From: an uncultured Lachnospiraceae bacterium
Lineage (GTDB): Bacteria; Bacillota; Clostridia; Lachnospirales; Lachnospiraceae
Assembly (NCBI GenBank): GCA_950022375.1
Contig: CATLLF010000008.1
Location: 1 to 64,000, forward strand
Direction: 5' to 3'
DNA length: 64,000 nt
Part shown: positions 19,803 to 28,963 of the stretch, piece after piece
How the letters are laid out: each line of letters begins with the position of its first letter
Position numbering within the stretch: the stretch's first letter is position 1
Notes under the pieces: generated by a model
Seen by the model: only the letters and a program-made list of their open reading frames with translations
Databases searched by the model: none
What the model was told of the DNA's origin: nothing
Translations under genes and position numbers: made by a program

Positions 19803-22340
19803 ATGCTTGCAAATAACAACCTAAAAATATGTCACACATTTGCGTGGCGAGATTTCAAATTTCACAAAGCAAAAAACTTACTGCTGGCTTTTGCGGTGGT
19901 TTTGATTACAGGACTGTATGCCTTCACTTTTCTTCTGGGCAGCTCAGTAGAAAATGCGTTTCTGCTTAATTATGAGTACCGATATGGCTCCACGAGTCAC
20001 ATCCTCTACCATGGACTGACCGCACATCAGGCAGATAAATTAGCGCAGCATCCCAATGTAAAAAGCACGGTTCGGATCAGCGCTCTGGGTCAGCTCTCTG
20101 ATGAGATGATGGGTGTTCGCAGTGTTAAGCTGGCAGTAACCGATCAGGACTATGCCAAGAGCATCCTCTCTGTTCCTACAACGGGGCGTTTGCCGGAAAA
20201 AGCGGGAGAAATCGCTCTGGATGAATTTACCATGGACTCTCTGGGGGTTCTTCATGAACTGGGTGCTCCGGTGTCTATTCAGTGGACAGATGGCAAGGGA
20301 GAAAAGCACAGTACTGATTTTATCCTCTGCGGATGGTGGGCAAGCCCCACAAACTTCACAGAAGCTTGTGCTTGGGTGACAGCAGAGTGTGCTGCCAGAC
20401 TTCTGACCGGATACCCGGATACAGCATCCGTCACAATGGGGGTCGATCTCCATCAGCCAAAGGAATTGGAGCAGCAGGCGCAGCAGATCATAACAGATCA
20501 GGGCGTAAATCAGGTTACTTACACTACCAATTTGGCCTATAACGAAGCCAGAATGGAAATGGCAAGTAAGCAGGCAACACCGTTCTACATTCCTGCATTG
20601 GTTGTGCTTTTGTGTGGTTTTTTGATGATTTACAGTATCATTCATATGACCATGGATCAGGATACTCGCTTTTTTGCGGGTCTGAAAACTTTGGGCATGA
20701 CACCGCGGCAGATCCGATGGTTTCTGTTGGAAAAGGCCGCGTTGCTCTCTCTTTTGGGTCTGCTCCCCGGCTGGCTGATGGGATTTGGCATTCACTATTT
20801 GGTTACACCGCAGATCGTGACTGGCATGGAGCAAAACCCGGCAATCTACTTCCTGTCCTGGGAGCCGTTCGCTCTCGCAGTACTCAGTACCTTCGGAACC
20901 GTTTTACTGGCGTACTTTCTGCCTGCTGCTCGGACAGGCGGAATGATACCGACACAGATGTTGCGGGATTTGGATGAACGAATGCCGAAAGGAAGAGGGC
21001 GTAACAGTACCGGGAAAGTCAGTATTTTTCGGCTGGCCTTTCGCTCCCTGTGGAGAAATAAAGGGCGTACCCTTCTTTCATTGCTGTCTTTGCTGTTCTC
21101 CCTTCTATTGCTCTGCTCTACCTGGATTCGCTACACCAGCTACGACGAAGCACTGTACTTAAACGGGATGTCTCCGTGGGACTACACCATCGAGGATGGC
21201 TCTGCGGCTTCCACCGTACAGCGGTATAACCCCAATAATCGTGCTATCACAGAACAGATTGTCAGCGATCTGCGTGGACGCAGTGAAGTTTTGGAAGTAA
21301 GCGTCCTGAAATCTAAGGAAGTGAAGCTGACGGCTTCTGATGAGCTGCGCCAGCGAATCGTGGATTTTTACAATGAACCTTACGACGAAACCATGACCCG
21401 CAGAGAAAGTCAGGCGGCCTACCCCGATTGGTGTACCGGTTTGGAGTGCCTGGAACAGACAGGAAGCTATTATGGTATAGTGATTGCGTTGGAGGACGCC
21501 TACCTGCGGTATGTGCTGGATAACTGTCCAGTCACCAGCGGCGATTTTGACGCGGAACAGTTTGCGGATGGGCGGTATGTTGTGGCCGCAGGTGCTTATG
21601 CGGAGGGCGTGTCCTCGCCTGCTGCTGGAGAAACTGTGGAGCTGGGGGGAGAGCAACTTACTGTGCTGGCTTCTGTTATGGGGGATACCGCATTTTTAAG
21701 TGGAAGTAACAGTTTGGAGTCCAGCTTTCATCTGGCTTATTTTGTACCACTGTCCCTATTTGATCAGCTGTTCCCTGATGAGGGTATCCGTCAGCTGGCA
21801 GTCAACATTGACCATGGTGGGCAGGAGGAATTTGAACGCTATCTCAGTTTATATAAGCAGGGGTTGAATCGCGGGATTGGGGTTTGGATGCGCAGCGATT
21901 ATCAAGAAGCTTTCCAGAACGCCAGATTGAATGAATGCCTGCCGAAGCTGATTGTCGGGATTGTGTTGATGACCATTGGTCTGCTGAACTTTGCCAATAT
22001 GTTGGTTACAAAAACAATGGTGCGAAAAAAAGAATTTGCAGTCTATCAGAGCCTTGGTATGACAAGCAGACAGCTGAAATGGCTTTTGCTGACAGAGGGC
22101 TTGCTTCATGCGGTTCTTTTGACCGTAATTTTGCTGCCAGTAACTTTCTTTGTGACCTGGTTTGGGATGCCAGCAGTTTTTTCACAGATAAATACTTGGT
22201 GTATAACCTATCATTATACGCTGGCTCCTCTATGGGCAGCCTTGCCTATTATGCTGTTTATGGCAGTGGCAGTACCCCTAATGTGCTGTCGGTTTATTGA
22301 GAAAGGAAGCATTACAGAGCGTTTGCGGATCGCAGTGTGA
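19803..22340 (+). CDS. ABC transporter permease with two FtsX domains (BceB/MacB-type), copy 1
   Basis: 845 aa; TM helix then a large extracytoplasmic domain, repeated twice. FtsX-like 4-TM bundles with GLKTLGMTPRQI and SLGMTSRQLKW motifs. Confidence 0.8.
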   Translation: MLANNNLKICHTFAWRDFKFHKAKNLLLAFAVVLITGLYAFTFLLGSSVENAFLLNYEYRYGSTSHILYHGLTAHQADKLAQHPNVKSTVRISALGQLSDEMMGVRSVKLAVTDQDYAKSILSVPTTGRLPEKAGEIALDEFTMDSLGVLHELGAPVSIQWTDGKGEKHSTDFILCGWWASPTNFTEACAWVTAECAARLLTGYPDTASVTMGVDLHQPKELEQQAQQIITDQGVNQVTYTTNLAYNEARMEMASKQATPFYIPALVVLLCGFLMIYSIIHMTMDQDTRFFAGLKTLGMTPRQIRWFLLEKAALLSLLGLLPGWLMGFGIHYLVTPQIVTGMEQNPAIYFLSWEPFALAVLSTFGTVLLAYFLPAARTGGMIPTQMLRDLDERMPKGRGRNSTGKVSIFRLAFRSLWRNKGRTLLSLLSLLFSLLLLCSTWIRYTSYDEALYLNGMSPWDYTIEDGSAASTVQRYNPNNRAITEQIVSDLRGRSEVLEVSVLKSKEVKLTASDELRQRIVDFYNEPYDETMTRRESQAAYPDWCTGLECLEQTGSYYGIVIALEDAYLRYVLDNCPVTSGDFDAEQFADGRYVVAAGAYAEGVSSPAAGETVELGGEQLTVLASVMGDTAFLSGSNSLESSFHLAYFVPLSLFDQLFPDEGIRQLAVNIDHGGQEEFERYLSLYKQGLNRGIGVWMRSDYQEAFQNARLNECLPKLIVGIVLMTIGLLNFANMLVTKTMVRKKEFAVYQSLGMTSRQLKWLLLTEGLLHAVLLTVILLPVTFFVTWFGMPAVFSQINTWCITYHYTLAPLWAALPIMLFMAVAVPLMCCRFIEKGSITERLRIAV

Positions 22341-22422
22341 GAAGTACTTCTAACTGCCTGTGGCAGTTTCCGCTCACAGCAAAGACTATTTTGTGAAGAA
22401 GTACTATATTTTACACCGAGAA

Positions 22423-22492
22423 ATGCCTGAAATACGGCATTTCTCATCCAGATTTGAGTCGCGGCAAAGCCGCCTTTTTTTAAAAGGTACAA
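22423..22492 (+). terminator. Pair of hairpins with T-runs between the two ABC pairs
   Basis: gaaatgcctgaaatacggcatttct and gcggcaaagccgccttttttt. Confidence 0.5.
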
Positions 22493-22587
22493 AACCGTAC
22501 CTTTGTTGTACCTTCCCTGTAACATTGAACTGATAAAATATAATCAGAAAAGGGAAACGGATTCCCGGTTACAAGGAGGAAATACTT

Positions 22588-23259
22588 ATGGAAGCAATTT
22601 TGAAGGCTACCGGTCTTAAAAAATATTACGGAAAGGGTGAAGCGTTGGTCAAGGCATTGGATGGTATGGATCTGGAGATCGAGCGTGGTAAATTTACTGC
22701 GATTATTGGCACCTCTGGATCTGGAAAATCTACGCTGCTGAATATGCTGGGTGGACTGGATACTCCCAGCGAGGGCAGTATTCGAATTGGAAATACGGAA
22801 CTGGCAAAGTTAAATAGCGAACAGGCTACGATTTTCCGGCGCAATCACATCGGTTTCATTTTTCAAAATTACAATCTGGTGCCAGTACTCAGTGTTTGGG
22901 AAAATATAGTTTTCCCCATCTCTCTGGATGGTCGTAAGTCTGATGAAAAGTTTATCATGGAGATTGTTCGTCTGCTTGGTTTGGAGAAGAAGCTGGATTG
23001 TCTGCCGAACAATCTTTCCGGCGGACAGCAGCAGAGAGTGGCGATTGCCCGTGCGCTGGCCTCTAAGCCTGCTATTATCCTGGCGGATGAACCTACCGGT
23101 AATCTGGACTCAAAAACCAGTGACGATGTGATTGGGTTGCTGAAAATGACCAGCAAAGAATTTAACCAGACAATCGTGATGATTACCCATAACCCGGAAA
23201 TTGCACAGATGGCGGATCGTATTGTCCGAATTGAGGACGGCCGCATTGTGTCTCAATAA
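22588..23259 (+). CDS. ABC transporter ATP-binding protein, MacB/FtsE-like, copy 2 (~65% identical to copy 1)
   Basis: GTSGSGKST, LSGGQQQRVAIAR, ILADEPTGNLD. Confidence 0.85.
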   Translation: MEAILKATGLKKYYGKGEALVKALDGMDLEIERGKFTAIIGTSGSGKSTLLNMLGGLDTPSEGSIRIGNTELAKLNSEQATIFRRNHIGFIFQNYNLVPVLSVWENIVFPISLDGRKSDEKFIMEIVRLLGLEKKLDCLPNNLSGGQQQRVAIARALASKPAIILADEPTGNLDSKTSDDVIGLLKMTSKEFNQTIVMITHNPEIAQMADRIVRIEDGRIVSQ

Positions 23260-23269
23260 GGGGGGATGC

Positions 23270-25828
23270 ATGATGAAAACAGTATTCAAACCAATTCAAA
23301 CACTGAATCAGCGTACTTTTAAGAAAAATAGAGGTCGGAACCTAGTAGCGATCATCGCCATCTTAATGACTACGATTATGTTTACCACCCTCTTTACCCT
23401 GGCACAGAGTATAAGCAAAAACATGGTGGAAATGACATTCCGGCAAACTGGTTATGATGGTCAAGCATCCTTTAAGACCATCACCGCAGAGCAGTTTTCG
23501 TTGATCGCGAATCACCCCGATGTTGCAGAAGCCGGAGAAAGCCTTGTTCTTGGTCTTGCACAAAACAAAAAACTGGGTGGCAAACAGGTTGAGATCCGTT
23601 GGAGCAGTGACATCAATGCCAAGCATTCCTTTGCTATGCCTGCCACCGGAACAATGCCAACAGCATCGGATGAGATCGCTCTGGACACACGAATCCTCGA
23701 TCGCCTTGGTATTCCCCATCAGCTGGGGGAAACTATAACGCTGGAATGGCGCAAGGATCTTGCAAAGGATGAGTTAACCGCCTCCACCTTTACCCTCTGC
23801 GGTTTCTGGGAAGGCAACGAATCTGTCTATGCCAGCATGGCTTGGGTAAGCCGGGAATTTGCGGATGAGATGATCGGTGACTATGTTGCTGACGGAAAAA
23901 CAAGCATTTTAGGTCTGCATACCGCACAAGTGATTCTGCATAGCGACCGTAATATTGAGACCACCATGGAGAATATTTTGGCAGACACTGGACTGACGGA
24001 CTTGAAATTTGGCGTGAATCTGGCATATTCACCAGAGATGAATGCTACCGCAGCGCAGGAAAGCATTCCTATGTATTTGGGTATGGTGCTGGTGTTTCTT
24101 GCTGGCTATCTGATTATTTATAATATCTTTCAGATCAGCGTTACTGCCGACATCCAATTCTATGGAAAGCTGAAAACACTGGGAACTACCACGAAGCAGA
24201 TCAAGAAACTTATTTATGGTCAGGCAAACCGGCTGTGCGTGATCGGTATCCCAATGGGTCTTCTTCTGGGCTGGCTGCTGGGCATAGTGTTGGTTCCTGT
24301 GCTGATGGGACAGATGGAGGGCAATGCTGTGATTTCCTCCAATCCTGTGATTTTCCTTGGCTCTGCCCTTTTTGCATGGTTGACAGTTACGATTTCCTGC
24401 CTGCGTCCGGCAAGGCTGGCTGGTAAGGTTTCTCCGATCGAAGCTCTGCGGATGAGTGATGCCGCCGCAAGCAAGAAGAAAAGCAAACGCACCCGGAATG
24501 GCGCTTCCATTACCAGTATGGCTTGGGCGAATCTGGGGCGGAACAAAAAACGGACAGTGACAGTTATATGCTCTCTGAGCTTGGGGTTGGTTTTACTCAG
24601 CTGTTTCTACGCTAAGAATGCTGCTTTTGATATGGAAAAATACCTGTTTGAGCTGACGATCAGTGACTTCCAGCTGGATGATCGCAGCAGTGCAGATTAT
24701 ATTGGCGGATATGACCCTTATGGTTTCACCCTGAATGCTGAACTGGTGGCATCCGTGGAAGGATTGGCTGGTTTGGAAGCGATTGGTCATCAATATTCTC
24801 ATCAATTTAAACTGACACTGGATGATGAGACTGTGCAGAATATCGGCGCCTTCTATACACAGGAAATGCTGGACGATTGGGCAACTTACGATTCGTCCGG
24901 TTCTGCTCAGATAAAAAACGCCATGAAAACCCGTGAAGTGATCGGTGTACTGTATGGAATGGACGGTATCCCTCTGGATGCAATTACGCATGAGAGATAT
25001 TTGCTCTCCGGCAGCTATGATGCAGAAAAATTTGCCAGCGGCGACTATGTGTTGGCTATTGGTCCTGCCATAGATTCCACAGACACAGAAAGAAAGACTG
25101 CATTGCCTGTTCCTACCGTTGGAAGCAGTATTGCGCTTGAAAATCGCACCTATACGGTAATGGCTGTTGTATATCCGCTGCAAGCTGTGGAGGAAGGAGC
25201 TTATGAAGGCGGTGTACAAAATCAGCACTGCATGAGCTTTATTATTCCTGCTTCAGTATTCCGGCAGCAGTGGCCGGAGAATACGCTGCGAAGACTGTTC
25301 TTCAATGTGGACGATAAGCATATTCCCGCAGCACAAGAGATGCTCGATGTGTATACCAAGACCATAGACACCAGTCTGCCTGTGACATCCCGCAAAACCA
25401 TGACAGAGCAGTATAAGACAGAAACACAGGCGTCGGCAGTTATGGGAAATACCATCAGTGTGATTATTGCTCTGGTGGGTGTGCTTAACTTTATCAATTC
25501 TATGGTTACAGCCATTGTTTCACGCAAAAAAGAGTTTGCCATGATTCAGTCCGTGGGAATGACCAAGCGTCAGCTGCGGAAGATGCTGATTTGTGAGGGA
25601 CTGGATTACGCAGCGATTACGCTGATCGTTTCTTATATTGTCAGCACTCTAGCCGTTGGGATCGGTGTTCGTGCCATAACAGCCAATGAGTTCAGCACTT
25701 TCCATTTTACTCTGATGCCGCTGATGATTTGTACCCCGATCCTTCTGGCTTTTGCGGTGCTGATCCCGTTTCTGTGTTTCAAGAATTTAGAAAAGCAGAG
25801 CATTGTTGAGCGATTGAGAACAGAATAA
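23270..25828 (+). CDS. ABC transporter permease with two FtsX domains, copy 2
   Basis: ATG at 23270 after AAGGGGGG. About 850 aa with the same topology as copy 1 (GKLKTLGTTTKQI, SVGMTKRQLRKM). Confidence 0.8.
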   Translation: MMKTVFKPIQTLNQRTFKKNRGRNLVAIIAILMTTIMFTTLFTLAQSISKNMVEMTFRQTGYDGQASFKTITAEQFSLIANHPDVAEAGESLVLGLAQNKKLGGKQVEIRWSSDINAKHSFAMPATGTMPTASDEIALDTRILDRLGIPHQLGETITLEWRKDLAKDELTASTFTLCGFWEGNESVYASMAWVSREFADEMIGDYVADGKTSILGLHTAQVILHSDRNIETTMENILADTGLTDLKFGVNLAYSPEMNATAAQESIPMYLGMVLVFLAGYLIIYNIFQISVTADIQFYGKLKTLGTTTKQIKKLIYGQANRLCVIGIPMGLLLGWLLGIVLVPVLMGQMEGNAVISSNPVIFLGSALFAWLTVTISCLRPARLAGKVSPIEALRMSDAAASKKKSKRTRNGASITSMAWANLGRNKKRTVTVICSLSLGLVLLSCFYAKNAAFDMEKYLFELTISDFQLDDRSSADYIGGYDPYGFTLNAELVASVEGLAGLEAIGHQYSHQFKLTLDDETVQNIGAFYTQEMLDDWATYDSSGSAQIKNAMKTREVIGVLYGMDGIPLDAITHERYLLSGSYDAEKFASGDYVLAIGPAIDSTDTERKTALPVPTVGSSIALENRTYTVMAVVYPLQAVEEGAYEGGVQNQHCMSFIIPASVFRQQWPENTLRRLFFNVDDKHIPAAQEMLDVYTKTIDTSLPVTSRKTMTEQYKTETQASAVMGNTISVIIALVGVLNFINSMVTAIVSRKKEFAMIQSVGMTKRQLRKMLICEGLDYAAITLIVSYIVSTLAVGIGVRAITANEFSTFHFTLMPLMICTPILLAFAVLIPFLCFKNLEKQSIVERLRTE

Positions 25829-25864
25829 ATAGAATGATCTGCATTGGAGCAGATCGACAATGAC

Positions 25865-25950
25865 ACAATGAAAGAGATTGGAAAACCCCTTGAAAGTCCA
25901 GTGTTTTCAAGGGATTTCTTTATGTTTGTGTTTTCTGAAATTGTGGTAAA
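25865..25950 (+). repeat. Direct repeat copy B (~85 bp, terminator-containing) at the distal end of the Bce-like module
   Basis: acaatgaaagagattggaaaaccccttgaaagtccagtgttttcaagggatttctttatgtttgtgttttctgaaattgtggtaaa. Confidence 0.8.
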
Positions 25951-26064
25951 AAGTGTTAAATTTTGAAGTGCAGCACATAAATAGCCTGTAAAGTCTTATT
26001 TTAAGCGGTTTGAAGTTCTTTAAGAGATAACCAGAAAAACGATGCAGATGTATATAAAAAAATT

Positions 26065-26092
26065 CCGCAGGTTTTGTCTGCGGAGTTTTTTA
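26065..26092 (+). terminator. Orphan intrinsic terminator ~240 bp upstream of the MVP gene
   Basis: ccgcag-gttttgt-ctgcgg-agtttttta, with an A-run on the 5' side. No annotated gene ends here. Confidence 0.6.
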
Positions 26093-26164
26093 TATGTAGG
26101 AGTGCGAATGAAAAACAGTTGCTGACACAGCAAGCAGGAAGAAAAAACTTTCTTGCACTTAACC

Positions 26165-26193
26165 TTAACATTTCAGAAGATTAGGAGTATAAT
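26165..26193 (+). promoter_or_regulatory. Candidate promoter of the MVP-rtcB operon
   Basis: TTAACA, 17 nt spacer, TATAAT. Confidence 0.35.
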
Positions 26194-26327
26194 AAGATTT
26201 AAATAATCTGGATTAAGGGGGAATTATATGTGTGATGCAAAAAATATGAAAAAACATACGAAGATATACAAAAACTGCAGCCAGAGGATACTTTACAGTA
26301 TTTTTGTTTAATGAAAGGAGGATTGCT

Positions 26328-28922
26328 ATGTCAGAAATGCAGAGAGAGCGCGATCTTGTGTTGAATCCAAATGAATATGCTTATGTGCTGGATAAGACAA
26401 AGGGCTTGATTTCATGTGTTGTTGGTTCTTACAAAATGAGTTTGTCAACATCGGATTCGCTGGTTGTATTTAACGAGAAAACAAAGAGGTTTGAGGAGGC
26501 TTCCTTTTCCGATGCCATTACAGTGTTTGTATCCGCGCCGGAAAACTGGTATATCACATTAAAAAATCCAACAAAGGACGACCGTCATCCAATGCCGGGA
26601 ACTTCAAATCCGCTTCCTGAATTAAAGATTGGAAAAAAGGTAAATATCCGCGGCAATGTGTCTTTTGCTTTGTATCCAGGGCAGATGGCAAAAGCGATTC
26701 AGGGACATCGTCTGCATTCAAACCAATATTTGCTGGCGAGAGTTTACGATGCGGATGCGTTGGAGAAAGGGAAATCCACTACAAACAATATAGCAGCAGG
26801 AACAGTAATTTCTGAGGTTGGACAGGAAACTACAGCACCGGGAACCAGTGCAAAAAACAATGTGGTTGGAACAAAAGAAACCGAGGTTTTTGAGAAAAAA
26901 TATACAATAGGGCAGCTTCTTGTAATCAAGGGTACGGAAGTGCCGTTCTATATTCCGCCGACGGGGATTGAAGTAATTCCGGTTGATGGGGAAAAAGACC
27001 AGTATATCCGGGATGCCGTGACGTTGGAGAAACTGGAATATTGTATTTTAAAGGACGAGCAGGGGAACAAAAAATACATACATGGCGCGGCGGTTGTATT
27101 TCCGCAGCCAGATGAAACATTTGTTAAAAACCCAAAAGGCGGCTATAAATTTAAGGCGATTGAGCTGTCGGATATCAGCGGCATTTATGTCAAGGTAATC
27201 GCGGATTATAAAGAGAATGGAAAGCAGTACCGGGCGGGAGATGAATTGTTTATTACAGGAAAAGATCAGATGATTTATTATCCGCGTGAAGAACATGCGA
27301 TTATTGATTACAATGGAAGAGTCGTGCATCATGCGATTGCGATTCCGCTCGGAGAGGGAAGATATGTGCTCGACCGCAAAACAGGAAATATTAAGATGGT
27401 GAAGGGTGCTGCTATGTATCTGCCTGATCCAAGATATGAAGTGATTGTAAAAAGAAAGTTGACCGCCGAGCAATGCAATTTGTGGTATCCAGATAACCAG
27501 GAGGTTTATGAATATAATGTAGGTGCTTCAATGCCAGTTGCAGCAGGTGTTTCCAGACAAAAAGAACTGCTTAGAGGAGTGTGTCCAACCTCATCAATGG
27601 ATGTGCTTTACAATGGTTTTTTGGGGCAGGAGAACGCTGTTGTTGAGGATGGCGGCTTCTCAAGAAGCAATACTTACAGCAAACCGCGGACAATTACGAT
27701 CGATAATAAGTATGACGGCGTGGTAAGTATTGATATATGGACAGGATACGCGATCCATGTGATCTCAAAAAACGGCAGCAGAAAAGTGATTACCGGCGCG
27801 CAGACCTACTTGATGGAATATGATGAAACGCTGGAGGTGCTTGAACTTTCAACAGACAGACCAAAAGAGACAAATCATACGTTAAAAACAGTGTATTTGC
27901 GTGTGAACAACAATAAAGTTGCAGATAGAATCACCGTTGAGACAAAAGATTTTGTCAATGTTTTGCTGGAAATTTCGTACTGTGTGGATTTTTTGCCGGA
28001 ATATAAGGAGCGGTGGTTCAATGTTGAGAATTATATAAAATATATCACAGACCAGCAACGTCCGCTGTTGAAGCGCGAAGCGAAACTTCACACGATTGAA
28101 GATTTTTGTGAGAATGTTACGGATATTGTACGCAAGGTCGCTTTGAATCTTACGGACGAATTTCTTGACAGGCAGGGTACTGATGATAATGTGAGTTTTT
28201 CAAAACCGCTGGATGGTTTGGATCGTCAGGAACACTCGGATAAGAAAACAAGAACAGGAAGATTTTTCCCAGAAAACGGGATGCTGATTCACGATGTGGA
28301 AGTGATAAACGTCTGTGTGGATGACCGGGTGCAGGATATGCTTTTTGAGCATCAGCGAGGGCTTGTGAAAAAATCGCTGGAATTGTCCAATGCCAACAAA
28401 GAAGTTGAAGTGGCTGCGCGCCTTGCAAAAGTAGATCGAACAAAGGCAGATATTGAGTATGAAGTGAAAGCTTACCAGCTGGAACTGAAAAATAAAATTG
28501 CCAGAGAGATGCTTGCGCAGCAGGAAGAATTAAAACGGCTTGAGGAAGAAGCAGAACAGGCGGCGTGGACTGCGAAACAGAGATTGCAGGAACTGCTTGA
28601 TTTTGTTCAGAAATCAGAGCTTGACCGACAAAAGGAACAGACGCAGATGGAGCTTGACCGCAGAAGAGAATCGGACAGCTTGGATATTGCAAAACAGACA
28701 GCTTATACCGATGCGGTAAGAAAAGTAGTTGAGGCTGTCAGCAAGGATCTTGCAGCGTCCATGCTGTCGGCGGCAAATGCAAGTTTAATGTCGGATGTGG
28801 CAGAAGCGATGGGACCTTATGCGATTGCAAACGGAGAATCTGTCGCCGAGGTGACAAATACATTGCTGCGCGGCACATCGCTGGAAGGATTGTTAGAAAA
28901 GTTAGGGGTTAATCATTTATGA
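26328..28922 (+). CDS. Major vault protein (MVP) homologue
   Basis: 864 aa from the ATG after AAAGGAGG. N-terminal [30 protein letters not shown] resembles MVP [41 protein letters not shown] resembles HYCTVANPVSRD. The shoulder region [52 protein letters not shown] resembles MVP [51 protein letters not shown]. A ~150-aa E/K/R/Q-rich coiled coil follows, in the position of the cap-helix. No signal peptide. Confidence 0.8.
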   Translation: [864 protein letters not shown]

Positions 28923-28963
28923 TGTGGTAGAGTTTAAACAGTTTTTTGGAAGGGGAAAATTTC

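Noticed and set aside
20040-20834. 264-aa minus-strand ORF, plus other antisense ORFs at 21159..21656 and 24593..25228
   Set aside because: Antisense to the FtsX permease genes; Cys/His/Arg-rich composition typical of spurious frames in coding DNA.
17155-25950. Island interpretation as a prophage or integrative element
   Set aside because: No integrase, recombinase, transposase or tRNA attachment site is present. Only short direct repeats, so I describe it as a repeat-bracketed module rather than a mobile element.
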